Shown: positions 36,289 through 45,862, numbered from the stretch's first letter. The stretch: 45,957 nucleotides of DNA from Bacteroidales bacterium UBA1064 (GCA_002316235.1 DCDD01000204.1:1-45957), one strand, 5' to 3'. The notes: generated by a model from the sequence alone, not told the origin. Translations and numbers: made by a program.

Positions 36289-38766
36289 ATGCTAAAATCA
36301 AAAATATTTTTACTTCTACTTCTTCTTAGCAGCGTTTCCGCTCTGGCTCAGGAGCCCTCGTTCAGCTACGAGGTACCTAAAAAATACTGTGTCAAAGAGG
36401 TTAGGGTGTCGGGTATCAAGTTTCTCAATCCCGATGTGCTGGTATCAGTTTCGGGTATTAGCGTTGGCGATTCAATCCTTGTCCCTGGTGATGCCGTAAC
36501 CAAGGCTATTAAAAAGCTATGGAGCCAGGGTCTATTTTCCGATATTAAAATTTCGGCTACAAAAATTGAAAATTCAGATATCTACCTCGATATTTTTCTT
36601 CAGGAGCAACCCCGTATTTCGTCTATCAACTTTGTTGGAGTGAGAAAAGGTGAGGTTAGCGACCTTAAGGAGAAGTTGAAGCTACGCAACGGAAGCCAGC
36701 TAACCGAGAGCATCCTTAAGAATAGCGTGGAGATTATCAGGAAGCACTACCGGACTAAAGGATTTCTGAATGTAGATGTAAATCCCATTCAGGAAAATGA
36801 TACCGCTTTGGCCAACATGGTTAAGCTTACTTTTGATATAAGAAAAAATGAAAGGGTGAAAATTGACCAAATTACATTTGACGGCAACACAGCATTTACC
36901 GATGCCCGCCTACGTAAATCCCTTAAAAAAATTCACCGCCGTGATATCAACATTTTTAAATCGGCAAAATTCATACAGTCCGACTACGACGAGAGCAAGG
37001 ATAACCTGATAGCATTTTACAACGAGAATGGTTACCGGGATTCCAAAATTTTGAAGGATTCCGTTTTTACATTGAACAACAAGCGAATTGGCATTAACTT
37101 CCTTGTTCACGAGGGGCCACAGTATCACATTCGCAGCATTTCCTGGATTGGTAACACCAAGCTTCCCTCCGAAGCCCTTACTGCCATACTGGGAATGAAG
37201 AAGGGCGACGTTTACGATAAAACCCTTCTGGAAAAGAGGCTTTTCACCGACGACAACTCCATTTCGACCGTTTACATGGATGATGGCTACCTGTTTTTCA
37301 ACCTCGATCCGGTTGAAAGCCAGATTCAGAACGACTCCGTTGACCTGGAGATGAGAATATACGAGGGCGACCAGGCCACCATTAACAAAGTGCTGATTGT
37401 TGGCAATACCAAAACAAATGAACACGTAATTCGCCGTGAGCTTTGGACCAAACCGGGCTACCTGTTCAGCAAATCGGAAATAACACGCACCATCAGGGAA
37501 CTTGGCCAGATGGGACATTTCGATCCCGAAAAACTCGACGTGCAGCCCATGCCAAATCCCGCTGAGGGAACGGTCGATCTTAAATACGTGGTGGAGGAAA
37601 AAGCCAACGACCAACTCGAGATATCTGGAGGATGGGGTAACAAAATGTTTGTTGGAACGGTTGGCATAAGGTTTACCAACTTTTCCGTTCGAAGACTCTT
37701 TGACAAGGAGGCATGGAGGCCTGTTCCTTCGGGTGATAGCCAATCCCTATCACTTAGAGCTTCTACTAACGGAACCTACTACAAAGCCTTCAGCTTCTCC
37801 TTTACCGAACCCTGGCTGGGTGGTAGAAAACCAACCAACTTTTCCTTCTCGGTTTACCACACCATTCAGAATGGCGGAGTGGACTACTTCTACCAGACGA
37901 GTGATAAATATTTTAAGGTAACCGGAGCTTCTGTGGGTATTGGAACCCGCTTGAAATGGCCCGACGACTACTTCAGCATTTACAACGAAATTAGCTACCA
38001 GAACTATAACCTGAAGGATTGGACGGGATACTTTCTTTTCAGCAACGGCCAGTCGAATAACCTAAGCTACAAGATTTCCCTTACGCGCAACTCAACCGAT
38101 CAGGTTATCTACCCCCGTACAGGATCCAACCTTAGCCTGTCACTTCAAATTACCCCACCATACTCGCTTTTTAATGGAAAGAACTACTCGGCACTTTCCG
38201 GAAGCGAAAAGTACAAATGGATTGAATACCATAAATGGACCGGGCGAATTCAATGGTATGTTCCCCTGGTCGAAAAGCTGGTGCTCTACTCCAACTTCCA
38301 GTTCGGAATTATGGGTTACTTTAACAGCGATATTGGCCATTCACCCTTTGAGGGATTTGATGTAGGCGGTGATGGTATGTCGGGCTACAACCTTTACGGC
38401 AAGGAAACAATTGGCCTGCGTGGGTACAAGAATGGTTCTCTTACCCCGTACACCCTGATAGATGGTAGCTACGTTGGCGACGGCCATGTTTACGACAAGT
38501 ACACCGTTGAAATCCGCTACCCTTTAACCCTTAACCCACAGGCCGCCATATACCTACTAACCTTTTTTGAGGCTGGAAATGCATGGCGTGATGCCAGCGA
38601 GTTCAACCCCTTCAACGTGCACCGCTCGGCAGGCATTGGCGCAAGAATGTTCCTTCCCATGCTGGGGATGCTTGGAATTGACTGGGGATACGGATTCGAT
38701 AAAATTCCCGACAATCCCGACGCCCATAAAGGGCAGTTTCACTTTATTATCGGAATGCCATTTTAA
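36289..38766 (+). CDS. bamA: outer-membrane protein assembly factor BamA
   Basis: 825 aa with a signal peptide, five POTRA-like repeats and an Omp85 barrel whose C-terminus is HFIIGMPF. It sits in the uppS-bamA-skp synteny. Confidence 0.93.
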   Translation: MLKSKIFLLLLLLSSVSALAQEPSFSYEVPKKYCVKEVRVSGIKFLNPDVLVSVSGISVGDSILVPGDAVTKAIKKLWSQGLFSDIKISATKIENSDIYLDIFLQEQPRISSINFVGVRKGEVSDLKEKLKLRNGSQLTESILKNSVEIIRKHYRTKGFLNVDVNPIQENDTALANMVKLTFDIRKNERVKIDQITFDGNTAFTDARLRKSLKKIHRRDINIFKSAKFIQSDYDESKDNLIAFYNENGYRDSKILKDSVFTLNNKRIGINFLVHEGPQYHIRSISWIGNTKLPSEALTAILGMKKGDVYDKTLLEKRLFTDDNSISTVYMDDGYLFFNLDPVESQIQNDSVDLEMRIYEGDQATINKVLIVGNTKTNEHVIRRELWTKPGYLFSKSEITRTIRELGQMGHFDPEKLDVQPMPNPAEGTVDLKYVVEEKANDQLEISGGWGNKMFVGTVGIRFTNFSVRRLFDKEAWRPVPSGDSQSLSLRASTNGTYYKAFSFSFTEPWLGGRKPTNFSFSVYHTIQNGGVDYFYQTSDKYFKVTGASVGIGTRLKWPDDYFSIYNEISYQNYNLKDWTGYFLFSNGQSNNLSYKISLTRNSTDQVIYPRTGSNLSLSLQITPPYSLFNGKNYSALSGSEKYKWIEYHKWTGRIQWYVPLVEKLVLYSNFQFGIMGYFNSDIGHSPFEGFDVGGDGMSGYNLYGKETIGLRGYKNGSLTPYTLIDGSYVGDGHVYDKYTVEIRYPLTLNPQAAIYLLTFFEAGNAWRDASEFNPFNVHRSAGIGARMFLPMLGMLGIDWGYGFDKIPDNPDAHKGQFHFIIGMPF

Positions 38767-38952
38767 CAATTCTTAACCCTTATATCAACCCTATTTCAAT
38801 AATTGGCAGGCATGTTGATATATCCTTAACAATTCAGCTTCAACTTGAAATACTTAGCCGATTACTTTTGATACTTTAAATATTTGAAAATGACCAGCTT
38901 AATTTTACTCGCAACCAGTAGTCGCATTTAAGTTTAAATAAATTACACACCA

Positions 38953-39462
38953 ATGAAAAAAATACTCCTACTCCCAATTGTCTTGCTGATTAGCACAAGC
39001 TTGTGGGCACAAAAATTTGCTTTTGTCGATTCAGAGTACATCCTCAATAAAATTCCTTCCTATAAGGCAGCCCAGGAGCAGCTTGATAAGCTCTCGGAGC
39101 AGTACCAAAAGGAGATTGAGGGCAAGTATGCTGAAATTGACAAGATGTATAAGGACTACCAAACCGAAAAGGTCCTTTTAACCCAGGAAATGCAAAAAAA
39201 ACGTGAAGATGAGATAATTTCCAGGGAAAGGCAAACCAAAGAGCTGCAGATGAAGTACTTTGGTCGCGATGGGTTACTCTTTAAGAAAAGGGAAGAGCTG
39301 GTTAAACCCATTCAGGATCAGGTTTTTAATGCCGTTAAGGAGATAGCCATCGAAGGGGGGTATGCCATTATTTTCGATGCTGCAGCATCACCCAACATGC
39401 TTTACACCAATCCCCGCTACGATAAAAGTGAAGATGTGCTCCTAAAATTAGGGTATAAATAA
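38953..39462 (+). CDS. OmpH/Skp-family periplasmic chaperone
   Basis: Signal peptide, KFAFVDSEYIL, a long charged coiled-coil arm and a conserved C-terminal segment (YAIIFD). Confidence 0.88.
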   Translation: MKKILLLPIVLLISTSLWAQKFAFVDSEYILNKIPSYKAAQEQLDKLSEQYQKEIEGKYAEIDKMYKDYQTEKVLLTQEMQKKREDEIISRERQTKELQMKYFGRDGLLFKKREELVKPIQDQVFNAVKEIAIEGGYAIIFDAAASPNMLYTNPRYDKSEDVLLKLGYK

Positions 39463-39471
39463 TTTAATTTT

Positions 39472-39479
39472 TATATTTG
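39472..39479 (+). promoter_or_regulatory. candidate -7 box (TATATTTG)
   Basis: Matches TAnnTTTG, 21 nt upstream of ATG 39501. Confidence 0.35.
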
Positions 39480-39500
39480 CTTACTTAAAAATTGATAATC

Positions 39501-40019
39501 ATGAGAAAGATATCTACGATTGCTTTCATTCTTTTTCTATCAGCCACTGGTGTGAAAACCTATGCGCAAAGCTATAAGTTTGGGCACATCAACAGCCAGG
39601 AGATTCTAAGTGTTATGCCCGAGAGGGATAGCGCTGTTGCCAAGCTGGATAAGTTTACCAAGACGTTGCAGGATCAGGTTGAGGAGCTTCAGGTTGAATT
39701 TAATAAGAAGTATCAGGATTACCTTCAAAAGCGCAGCACCTTTACTGACGCCATCCGCGAGATGAAGGAGAAGGAGCTTACCGAGATGCAGCAAAGAGCT
39801 CAGGAGTTTCAGCAGGTAGCCGAGCAGGACTATCAACGCTACCAGGGTGAGGTTATGAAACCGGTCATTGAAAAAGCAGATTCTGCAATTAAAAAGGTTG
39901 CCAAGGCTAACGGGTTTACCTACATATTTGATACCAGCACCGGGGTCATCCTTTACTTTTCGGAGCAAAGTGTTGATATAGGTCCATTGGTTAAAAAGGA
40001 GCTGGGGATAACGAAATAA
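39501..40019 (+). CDS. OmpH/Skp-family periplasmic chaperone (second copy)
   Basis: The ORF track opens at TTG 39492, but ATG 39501 gives MRKISTIAFILFLSA... KFGHINSQEIL and FTYIFD parallel the first copy. Confidence 0.88.
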   Translation: MRKISTIAFILFLSATGVKTYAQSYKFGHINSQEILSVMPERDSAVAKLDKFTKTLQDQVEELQVEFNKKYQDYLQKRSTFTDAIREMKEKELTEMQQRAQEFQQVAEQDYQRYQGEVMKPVIEKADSAIKKVAKANGFTYIFDTSTGVILYFSEQSVDIGPLVKKELGITK

Positions 40020-40041
40020 TCAGCCCTGATGGCTTATACTA

Positions 40042-40076
40042 GGGATTTGCCGACGTATGCGGTTTATCCCTTTTTT
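40042..40076 (+). terminator. probable rho-independent terminator after the skp genes
   Basis: gggat (40042-40046) pairs with atccc (40066-40070), with an inner ccg/cgg pairing. A TTTTTT run follows (40071-40076). Confidence 0.45.
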
Positions 40077-40195
40077 CATTTATTTATATTTTGTTCTTCT
40101 ATGGCTCAGAAGGGTAATCCATGGAGTAATCGTTAGCATCTGCCTGGGCTATTGTCATGAATATTTCATTTTTCCCAAATTAAGGTTATCGTTAA

Positions 40196-41017
40196 TTGCT
40201 TGGTAGTAATCCTATAGGAATTTTTGACTCCGGGTCAGGCGGATTAACGGTGCTGTATGAACTTTTAAAAGTACTGCCCCGGGAATCCTTTGTTTACTTT
40301 GCCGATTCGGCAAATTGCCCATACGGGCCCAAACCCCAGTCGGAGGTGATTGAACTTTCTGACTGCATTACCCGTTTTTTGCTGGAACAGGGTTGCAAGC
40401 TGGTGGTTGTTGCATGCAACACCGCAACCGCTGCAGCTATTGAGCACCTTCGAAGTAACTTTAAAATTCCCTTTATTGGCATGGAGCCGGCTATAAAACC
40501 CGCCTCACTTAATTCCAAAACCAAAAGTATTGGCGTGTTGGCAACTGCCGGAACTTTTAAGGGGAAACTTTACATCGAAACCAGTAAAAAATATGCCTCT
40601 GATGTGAATGTCTGCTACCAGGTGGGAGAGGGTTTGGTTGAGCTGGTTGAGGCCGGCAAGGCCGATTCGCCCGAAGCTGCCGAGCTCCTTCATAGGTATG
40701 TTGACCCAATGGTAGATTGCAACATCGACCATCTGGTTTTAGGGTGCACCCATTACCCTTTTTTGATGAACTCCCTAAGCCGGATACTGCCTAGAGGTGT
40801 TGAAATTGTTAATCCTGCACCCGCTGTTGCCCGGCAGACACTTCGCGTGCTTTCCGAAAACAACCTTTTAAACGATGGTAGCTCCTTGAGCAAGGTAAGC
40901 TTCTACTCAAGCGCCTCCGTGGAAATTTTGAAATTCCTCGCCGAAAAACTCGGTGTAATTTCTAACCATGGACCGGCAGTCAACTTTACCGGAGGTGTAA
41001 AACTTTGCTGTCGTTAA
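40196..41017 (+). CDS. murI: glutamate racemase
   Basis: IGIFDSGSGGLTV, VVACNTATA and VLGCTHYPF carry the two catalytic Cys motifs. The start is TTG 40196, immediately after an in-frame TAA; there is no ATG before the conserved FDSG motif. Confidence 0.92.
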   Translation: MLGSNPIGIFDSGSGGLTVLYELLKVLPRESFVYFADSANCPYGPKPQSEVIELSDCITRFLLEQGCKLVVVACNTATAAAIEHLRSNFKIPFIGMEPAIKPASLNSKTKSIGVLATAGTFKGKLYIETSKKYASDVNVCYQVGEGLVELVEAGKADSPEAAELLHRYVDPMVDCNIDHLVLGCTHYPFLMNSLSRILPRGVEIVNPAPAVARQTLRVLSENNLLNDGSSLSKVSFYSSASVEILKFLAEKLGVISNHGPAVNFTGGVKLCCR

Positions 41018-41057
41018 TGCACCTATTTTATTGATTCTTAAACTTACCCTACTACAT

Positions 41058-42728
41058 ATGAGAAGAGAAGTTGAAATTGTGCTGGAGAACACTAACCAAA
41101 AGGTTCGGATAACCCCAGGTTTGTCGCTTATGGAGCTAACCGGCATATTCAATATCAAGCTGGAGCACCAGGTGCTGGGCGCTATGGTAAACAACCAGCT
41201 GAAGGAGCTGGACTACGAAATTTTTACTCCCAAAACAATTAGATTTATTGATATTACCCATCCTGCAGGAATGCGTATGTACCAACGCTCCCTTTTTTTC
41301 CTGCTGCATAAAGCTGTCGGGGACATACTGCCCGGCTGCAAGGTAAGGATTGAACATTCTGTTTCTAAGGGATTTTATTGCGAGATCGATGGCTTCGAGC
41401 AGCCGCTTGACTTGCCCCTGGTGTTTTCAATTTGCGACAAAATGCGCGAGGTTGTTGCTGCAGATATCCCATTTCGAAGAGATAAAATCCTTACCACCGA
41501 TGCAGTAAAACTCTTTGAAGATCTTGGTTACACCGAGCAGGCCAAGCTCTTTGACACCCGGCCAAAACTTTACACCTCAATTTACTACCTGGGTGATTTA
41601 CCCGGTTACTTTTTTGGGAATTTGGTTCCTTCAACCGGCTACCTAAAAGTATTCGACCTGGTTAAGTACTACCAGGGTATGCTCCTCCGCATTCCAAAGC
41701 GTTCAAAGCCCGACGAGGTGGAGGATGTAGTTATTCAAAATAAAATGTTCGATATTTTTCAGGAGTATAAGGACTGGACTCATATTCTGGGGGTAGGTAA
41801 CGTTGTTGCTATTAACGAACAGGTTGAACAGGGAAATGCCAGCGAGCTGATAAAGGTTTCCGAGGCCCTACATGAAAAAAAGGTTGCCTACATCGCCGAT
41901 AAAATCCACTCGCTGGGCGACAAAGTTAAAGTTATCCTAATTTCTGGCCCATCCTCGTCGGGCAAAACAACATTTGCCAAGCGGCTTGCTGTGCAGTTAA
42001 GGGTAAACGGCATCAGACCCTACACCATCTCGCTTGACAACTATTTTGTCGATCGGGATAGAACCCCCCGGGACGAGAATGGGGATTTCGACTTCGAAGC
42101 ATTAGAAGCACTTGATATAGAATACTTTAACAGCGACTTGCTCAGGTTGCTTAACGGTGAAACGGTTGAGCTTCCTAAATTCTCGTTCGAGAAGGGCGCC
42201 CGATTCTTTGATAACACCCTAATGAGAATCGATCCTAACGGCATGATTATCATTGAGGGTATTCATGCCCTTAACCCAAAGCTCACCCCGTTAATCCCAT
42301 CCGACAAAAAGTTTAAAATATACGTTTCAGCGTTGACCTCCATGTCGTACGACGGAATTAACCGTATTCCAACCACCGATAACAGGCTTATCAGAAGGAT
42401 TGTCCGCGACTACCGGTACAGGGGTTACAACGCCCTTCAAACAATCGCCCGCTGGGAGAGTGTCCGTAGGGGAGAGGATAGGAACATATTTCCCTACCAG
42501 GAGGAGGCTGACGAAATGTTTAACTCTGCCCTGCTTTTCGAGTTTGGCCTTCTTAAGAGCTATGTTGAGCCCCTGCTTCAGGAAGTGCCGCCCAATAGAC
42601 CTGAATTTGATGAAGCCGACCGCCTGCTTAAATTCCTTTACTATTTCAATACCATTTCAGACAGCGAGGTTCCTCCAACCTCGATTATAAGAGAATTTTT
42701 AGGGGGTAGCGCTTTCTCCTACTCTTAA
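41058..42728 (+). CDS. nucleoside kinase with an N-terminal TGS-like domain and a uridine-kinase/PRK-family P-loop domain
   Basis: The ORF opens at TTG 41031; ATG 41058 (MRREVEIVLEN) is likelier. The P-loop is ISGPSSSGKTTFAKRL, followed by IIEGIHALNP, typical of the PRK/uridine kinase family. Confidence 0.75.
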   Translation: MRREVEIVLENTNQKVRITPGLSLMELTGIFNIKLEHQVLGAMVNNQLKELDYEIFTPKTIRFIDITHPAGMRMYQRSLFFLLHKAVGDILPGCKVRIEHSVSKGFYCEIDGFEQPLDLPLVFSICDKMREVVAADIPFRRDKILTTDAVKLFEDLGYTEQAKLFDTRPKLYTSIYYLGDLPGYFFGNLVPSTGYLKVFDLVKYYQGMLLRIPKRSKPDEVEDVVIQNKMFDIFQEYKDWTHILGVGNVVAINEQVEQGNASELIKVSEALHEKKVAYIADKIHSLGDKVKVILISGPSSSGKTTFAKRLAVQLRVNGIRPYTISLDNYFVDRDRTPRDENGDFDFEALEALDIEYFNSDLLRLLNGETVELPKFSFEKGARFFDNTLMRIDPNGMIIIEGIHALNPKLTPLIPSDKKFKIYVSALTSMSYDGINRIPTTDNRLIRRIVRDYRYRGYNALQTIARWESVRRGEDRNIFPYQEEADEMFNSALLFEFGLLKSYVEPLLQEVPPNRPEFDEADRLLKFLYYFNTISDSEVPPTSIIREFLGGSAFSYS

Positions 42729-42733
42729 AATGC

Positions 42734-42753
42734 CATGTTAAGTTATTAACATG
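42734..42753 (+). terminator. hairpin just after the kinase stop (no T-tract)
   Basis: catgttaa (42734-42741) pairs with ttaacatg (42746-42753) around the 4-nt loop gtta. Confidence 0.3.
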
Positions 42754-42911
42754 CTATATAGTTGAAAATCAATTCAATGAAATTATTTTGTTTATATATT
42801 TTTTGCCTTAACCTGCTGCTTCCCATGATTTTTACCTTGTTCTCTTGCTTTTAATTATAATTATTCACTATAATTGTAACAAATTAACCCTAAACCTGAA
42901 TCCAAGCTATA

Positions 42912-44285
42912 ATGGCAAGGCTATTTATAGTTATTATCAACATAATAGGTATTACGCTTGCTGGCATTTTGGGAGGTGGTAATGTGCTGGTTACCATGAA
43001 AGCTCCAAGTCGGGTAGATGCAGGTTCGGAATTTGATGTGGAAGTGCTCCTAAAAAAGGCTGGTGTTGATGGTTTTGCCCGATTTCAGCAGGAATTACCC
43101 CTAGGCCTCACTGCTGAACTAATAGAATCATCCCTTGGCGATTTTACTTTTGAGGATCAAAAGGTAAAGGTAGTATGGCTTAAGCTTCCTGCAGCCAAGG
43201 AGTTACGATTTGTTTACCGAATTCGGGTTGACGAGCGTTTAAAGGGGAGTTTCAACCTTGGTGGAGTTTTCTCATACATTGAAAATAATGAGCGTAAAAC
43301 TTCTTCCGTGCAGGCAGCACAGATTTCTATCACCCCTTCAGCTCGTATCAACCCTTCGCTGATAGTTGATATCAACGAGTTTCAGAATGTCATTCCCGTT
43401 CAAGCCCCTGTTTCTATGCTGGCTTCGAACGTTAAGTGCATTAGGCAAACCCCTATACCCACCGGCGAGGCTAACGATTTGCTGGTAAAACTATTGGTTA
43501 ATAAGGGTAACGCCCAGAAATTTGCAAAGATTGAGGAGGATATACCCCAGGGCTTTCAAGCAGAGGTGGTAGATGCCAAGGATGCCATTTTTACTTTTAA
43601 AGATCAAAAGGTTAAATTTCTATGGATGAGTATGCCGCCCGACCCTCGCTTCATTGTGTCGTACCGGCTAATTCCTATTAACGGAAACGGGGAAGCCGTT
43701 GTCAGCCTTTCGGGAAAATTTTCCTACCTTGTTGGTGAGGCTACACGGGTAGTTGACATTATCCAAAAGGATGTTGACTTGGGCAATCTCGACCCGAAAT
43801 CCATCGAGGGATTGCTGGCCTCCATCCCGGGCGCTGAAATTGCAGCTCCCTCTTCTTCAAGCTTCAGCAGCAGCTTTACATCTGCTGGCTCCGATGGTGG
43901 AATAGATATTCCTGTTCAGTACCAGGTAATTCCAGAGAAATCAAAAAAAATAGCCCAGCCCGAACAAAACATGATGCTCTACATGCTGGAGCCTGAAAAA
44001 GGGGTTTACTACAGGGTTCAGGTGGCTGCCGGGCATAAGCCCATCAACATCAAAAGGTATTTTTTACGACATAATGTTACCTACGAGGTGCGAACCGAGA
44101 AGCATGAGGGTTGGTATAAATACTCCATAGGATCGTTTAAGGAGTACAAGGAAGCGCGCGACTTTAGGGTGCAAATATGGAATACCACTAAAATTAACGA
44201 TGCGTTTGTGGCCGCCTACAACAACGGTGTTAGAATTACCGTTCAGGAAGCACTAATGATAACCAACCAAACTTGGTTCAGATAG
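42912..44285 (+). CDS. membrane-anchored protein with two copies of a roughly 100-aa domain, a Ser-rich linker and a C-terminal SPOR domain
   Basis: N-terminal hydrophobic anchor (LFIVIINIIGITLAGILG). Internal duplication: FARFQQELPLGLTAELIE..FTFEDQKVKVVWLKLP..FVYRI..GGVFSY versus FAKIEEDIPQGFQAEVVD..FTFKDQKVKFLWMSMP..VSYRL..SGKFSY. The SPOR-like C-terminus is YYRVQVAAGHKPIN...GWYKYSIGSFKEYKEARDFR...DAFVAAYNNG. Confidence 0.7.
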   Translation: MARLFIVIINIIGITLAGILGGGNVLVTMKAPSRVDAGSEFDVEVLLKKAGVDGFARFQQELPLGLTAELIESSLGDFTFEDQKVKVVWLKLPAAKELRFVYRIRVDERLKGSFNLGGVFSYIENNERKTSSVQAAQISITPSARINPSLIVDINEFQNVIPVQAPVSMLASNVKCIRQTPIPTGEANDLLVKLLVNKGNAQKFAKIEEDIPQGFQAEVVDAKDAIFTFKDQKVKFLWMSMPPDPRFIVSYRLIPINGNGEAVVSLSGKFSYLVGEATRVVDIIQKDVDLGNLDPKSIEGLLASIPGAEIAAPSSSSFSSSFTSAGSDGGIDIPVQYQVIPEKSKKIAQPEQNMMLYMLEPEKGVYYRVQVAAGHKPINIKRYFLRHNVTYEVRTEKHEGWYKYSIGSFKEYKEARDFRVQIWNTTKINDAFVAAYNNGVRITVQEALMITNQTWFR

Positions 44286-44303
44286 CTAGCTGTTAAAGTT
44301 CTG

Positions 44304-45758
44304 ATGAGAAGGTTTATTGCCAGAAATAAAATTACACTCTTTACCCTCTGCATTTCGGGTATGCTCCTTTGCACCTATAATTCAGCCCATGCACAGGATG
44401 ATGAGGAATACTACAAAAACTTGCTCGATACGGTTGTTGAGGTTATTAACCCCGTTTACAAACCGGTTCTATCATTTGGCGCAGGAATCATGAGTTTTTG
44501 GGGGGACGTTCAAAACCCTGTAACCAACCCTGTTAACGGAAAGTATGGTTTCAAATTTAACGTTTCAACGCTTTTTGGGAAGAACTACTTTAAGGGAAAT
44601 ATTTTTGCGATTTACGGCCAGTTTCAGGGTCAGAACTTTGATATTACCCGTCAGATGCAGCTACAACCATTACCCCTAGACGATATTGGAAATCCCATTT
44701 ATCCAAACTCCTCATTCCAAACCGAGTTCTGGCAGGTTGGCATAACTGCTGAGTATGGTTTCGGTCATCTATTTGGGCTGGTTAAGCGCTTCAAACCATT
44801 TATCGCAGTTGGTGTTTCAACTATGTTTTTTACGCCTAAGGGAAATGTCAGGTATGGGCCTACCGGTGACTTCTACTATGCTTGGTCCGACGGTTCGCTT
44901 CGTGATTTCCCCGAAAATGGTCCTAATGCCTACTTAGCTCAAATAATCAAACTCGATAATAGCTACGAAACAGACCTTTCCAGCGCCGATTTGTACAGAA
45001 TTGGTTCCTACAGCCAGAATACCTTTACCATTCCACTTGACCTGGGTTTCGATTTTTACCTGTCCGACAGGGTTAACTTTAGGGTAGGTGCTACCGTTAA
45101 CTATGCCTTTTCAGATTTGCTGGACAACTATAGCAGCAAAACTGCCAGCACCATGGGCTACCCCAATAAAAACAGCTACAACGATATATTCGCATTCACC
45201 TATTTCAGCATGAACCTCGACCTTTTCTCCGACCCAAAGACCATGCTGGTCGAGAGGGTGTTTGCTGAACTTAGTGGTACATTTGACTACGGGGTTTTCT
45301 TTGCCGATCAGGATGGCGATAATGTGTTGGATAGGTTTGATGCATGTCCCGATACACCTCCAGGAGTGGCCGTGGATTCGCTTGGTTGCCCACCCGATTA
45401 TGACAACGACGGAGTATTCGACTATATGGACGATGAGTCCAGTACCCCTGAGGGAGCAATTGTCAACGAGAGGGGAGTGCAGCTCTCGGCTGATGTGCTT
45501 TCCGATATGTTTAGCAAAAACTCCATGGCAGTGCCCAGAAGTGAGGTTAAGGTTATTCCCCTCGCAAATGTCTGGACACGAAACGCAACCTTTACTCCTG
45601 GTGCAATTCCCGATAAATTCCGCATCGTTGATGCAGATGCTGATGGATATATCTCTTTCCAGGAGCTGCTCAAGGCAATTAACGACTTCTTTGATGAGAA
45701 AAACACCTTTACCCCCGATGAAATTTATGAGCTCAACGAATACTTTTTCTCACAGTAA
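44304..45758 (+). CDS. outer-membrane-type protein with thrombospondin type-3 repeats and a C-terminal EF-hand
   Basis: Signal peptide ending AHAQ and an N-terminal region of about 320 aa, rich in aromatics and Gly, with beta-barrel character. The TSP3 repeats are DQDGDNVLDRFDACPDTP and DYDNDGVFDYMDDES (45306-45440). A canonical EF-hand loop, DADADGYISFQE, lies at 45630-45665. Confidence 0.65.
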   Translation: MRRFIARNKITLFTLCISGMLLCTYNSAHAQDDEEYYKNLLDTVVEVINPVYKPVLSFGAGIMSFWGDVQNPVTNPVNGKYGFKFNVSTLFGKNYFKGNIFAIYGQFQGQNFDITRQMQLQPLPLDDIGNPIYPNSSFQTEFWQVGITAEYGFGHLFGLVKRFKPFIAVGVSTMFFTPKGNVRYGPTGDFYYAWSDGSLRDFPENGPNAYLAQIIKLDNSYETDLSSADLYRIGSYSQNTFTIPLDLGFDFYLSDRVNFRVGATVNYAFSDLLDNYSSKTASTMGYPNKNSYNDIFAFTYFSMNLDLFSDPKTMLVERVFAELSGTFDYGVFFADQDGDNVLDRFDACPDTPPGVAVDSLGCPPDYDNDGVFDYMDDESSTPEGAIVNERGVQLSADVLSDMFSKNSMAVPRSEVKVIPLANVWTRNATFTPGAIPDKFRIVDADADGYISFQELLKAINDFFDEKNTFTPDEIYELNEYFFSQ

Positions 45759-45834
45759 GCAAAAACCTAAAACCAATTAACCTATAAACCCAAACAACCC
45801 TATATAACCTAACCTAAAACCCTTTTACTACCTG

Positions 45835-45862
45835 CCCTACAGAATTCCTGTAGGGTTTTTTT
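45835..45862 (+). terminator. rho-independent terminator
   Basis: ccctacag (45835-45842) pairs with ctgtaggg (45848-45855) around a 5-nt loop. TTTTTTT follows (45856-45862). Confidence 0.75.

Noticed and set aside
36910-37743. 277-aa ORF on the minus strand inside bamA. Similar long antisense or alternate-frame ORFs occur at 16005..16541 (inside rnfD), 7066..7605 (inside the LamG gene), 8866..9294, 10824..11135, 34891..35262 and 45262..45780.
   Set aside because: Each lies wholly within a gene that has strong motif support on the other strand or frame. Their translations are low-complexity with no recognisable motifs, signal peptides or domain signatures. Long antisense ORFs like these are expected by chance in medium-GC coding DNA.
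38763-38835. 10-bp direct repeat TTAACAATTC at 38763-38772 and 38826-38835. It flanks a 9-bp inverted repeat, tatatcaac (38781-38789) with gttgatata (38814-38822), just after the bamA stop, which gives a MITE-like look.
   Set aside because: The element would be only about 53 bp, is AT-rich, and has no terminal inverted repeats at the repeat boundaries. I found no second copy in the window. A few 10-mer repeats within 100 nt are expected by chance in 46 kb of AT-biased spacers. It is more likely a weak terminator-like hairpin.
41031-41057. Upstream TTG/GTG extensions proposed by the ORF track, at 41031, 39492, 4854, 26127, 14439 and 383.
   Set aside because: In each case a nearby in-frame ATG (GTG for rnfC) gives an N-terminus that looks like a proper signal peptide or a conserved family N-terminus. 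The extensions add only a few residues with no feature.
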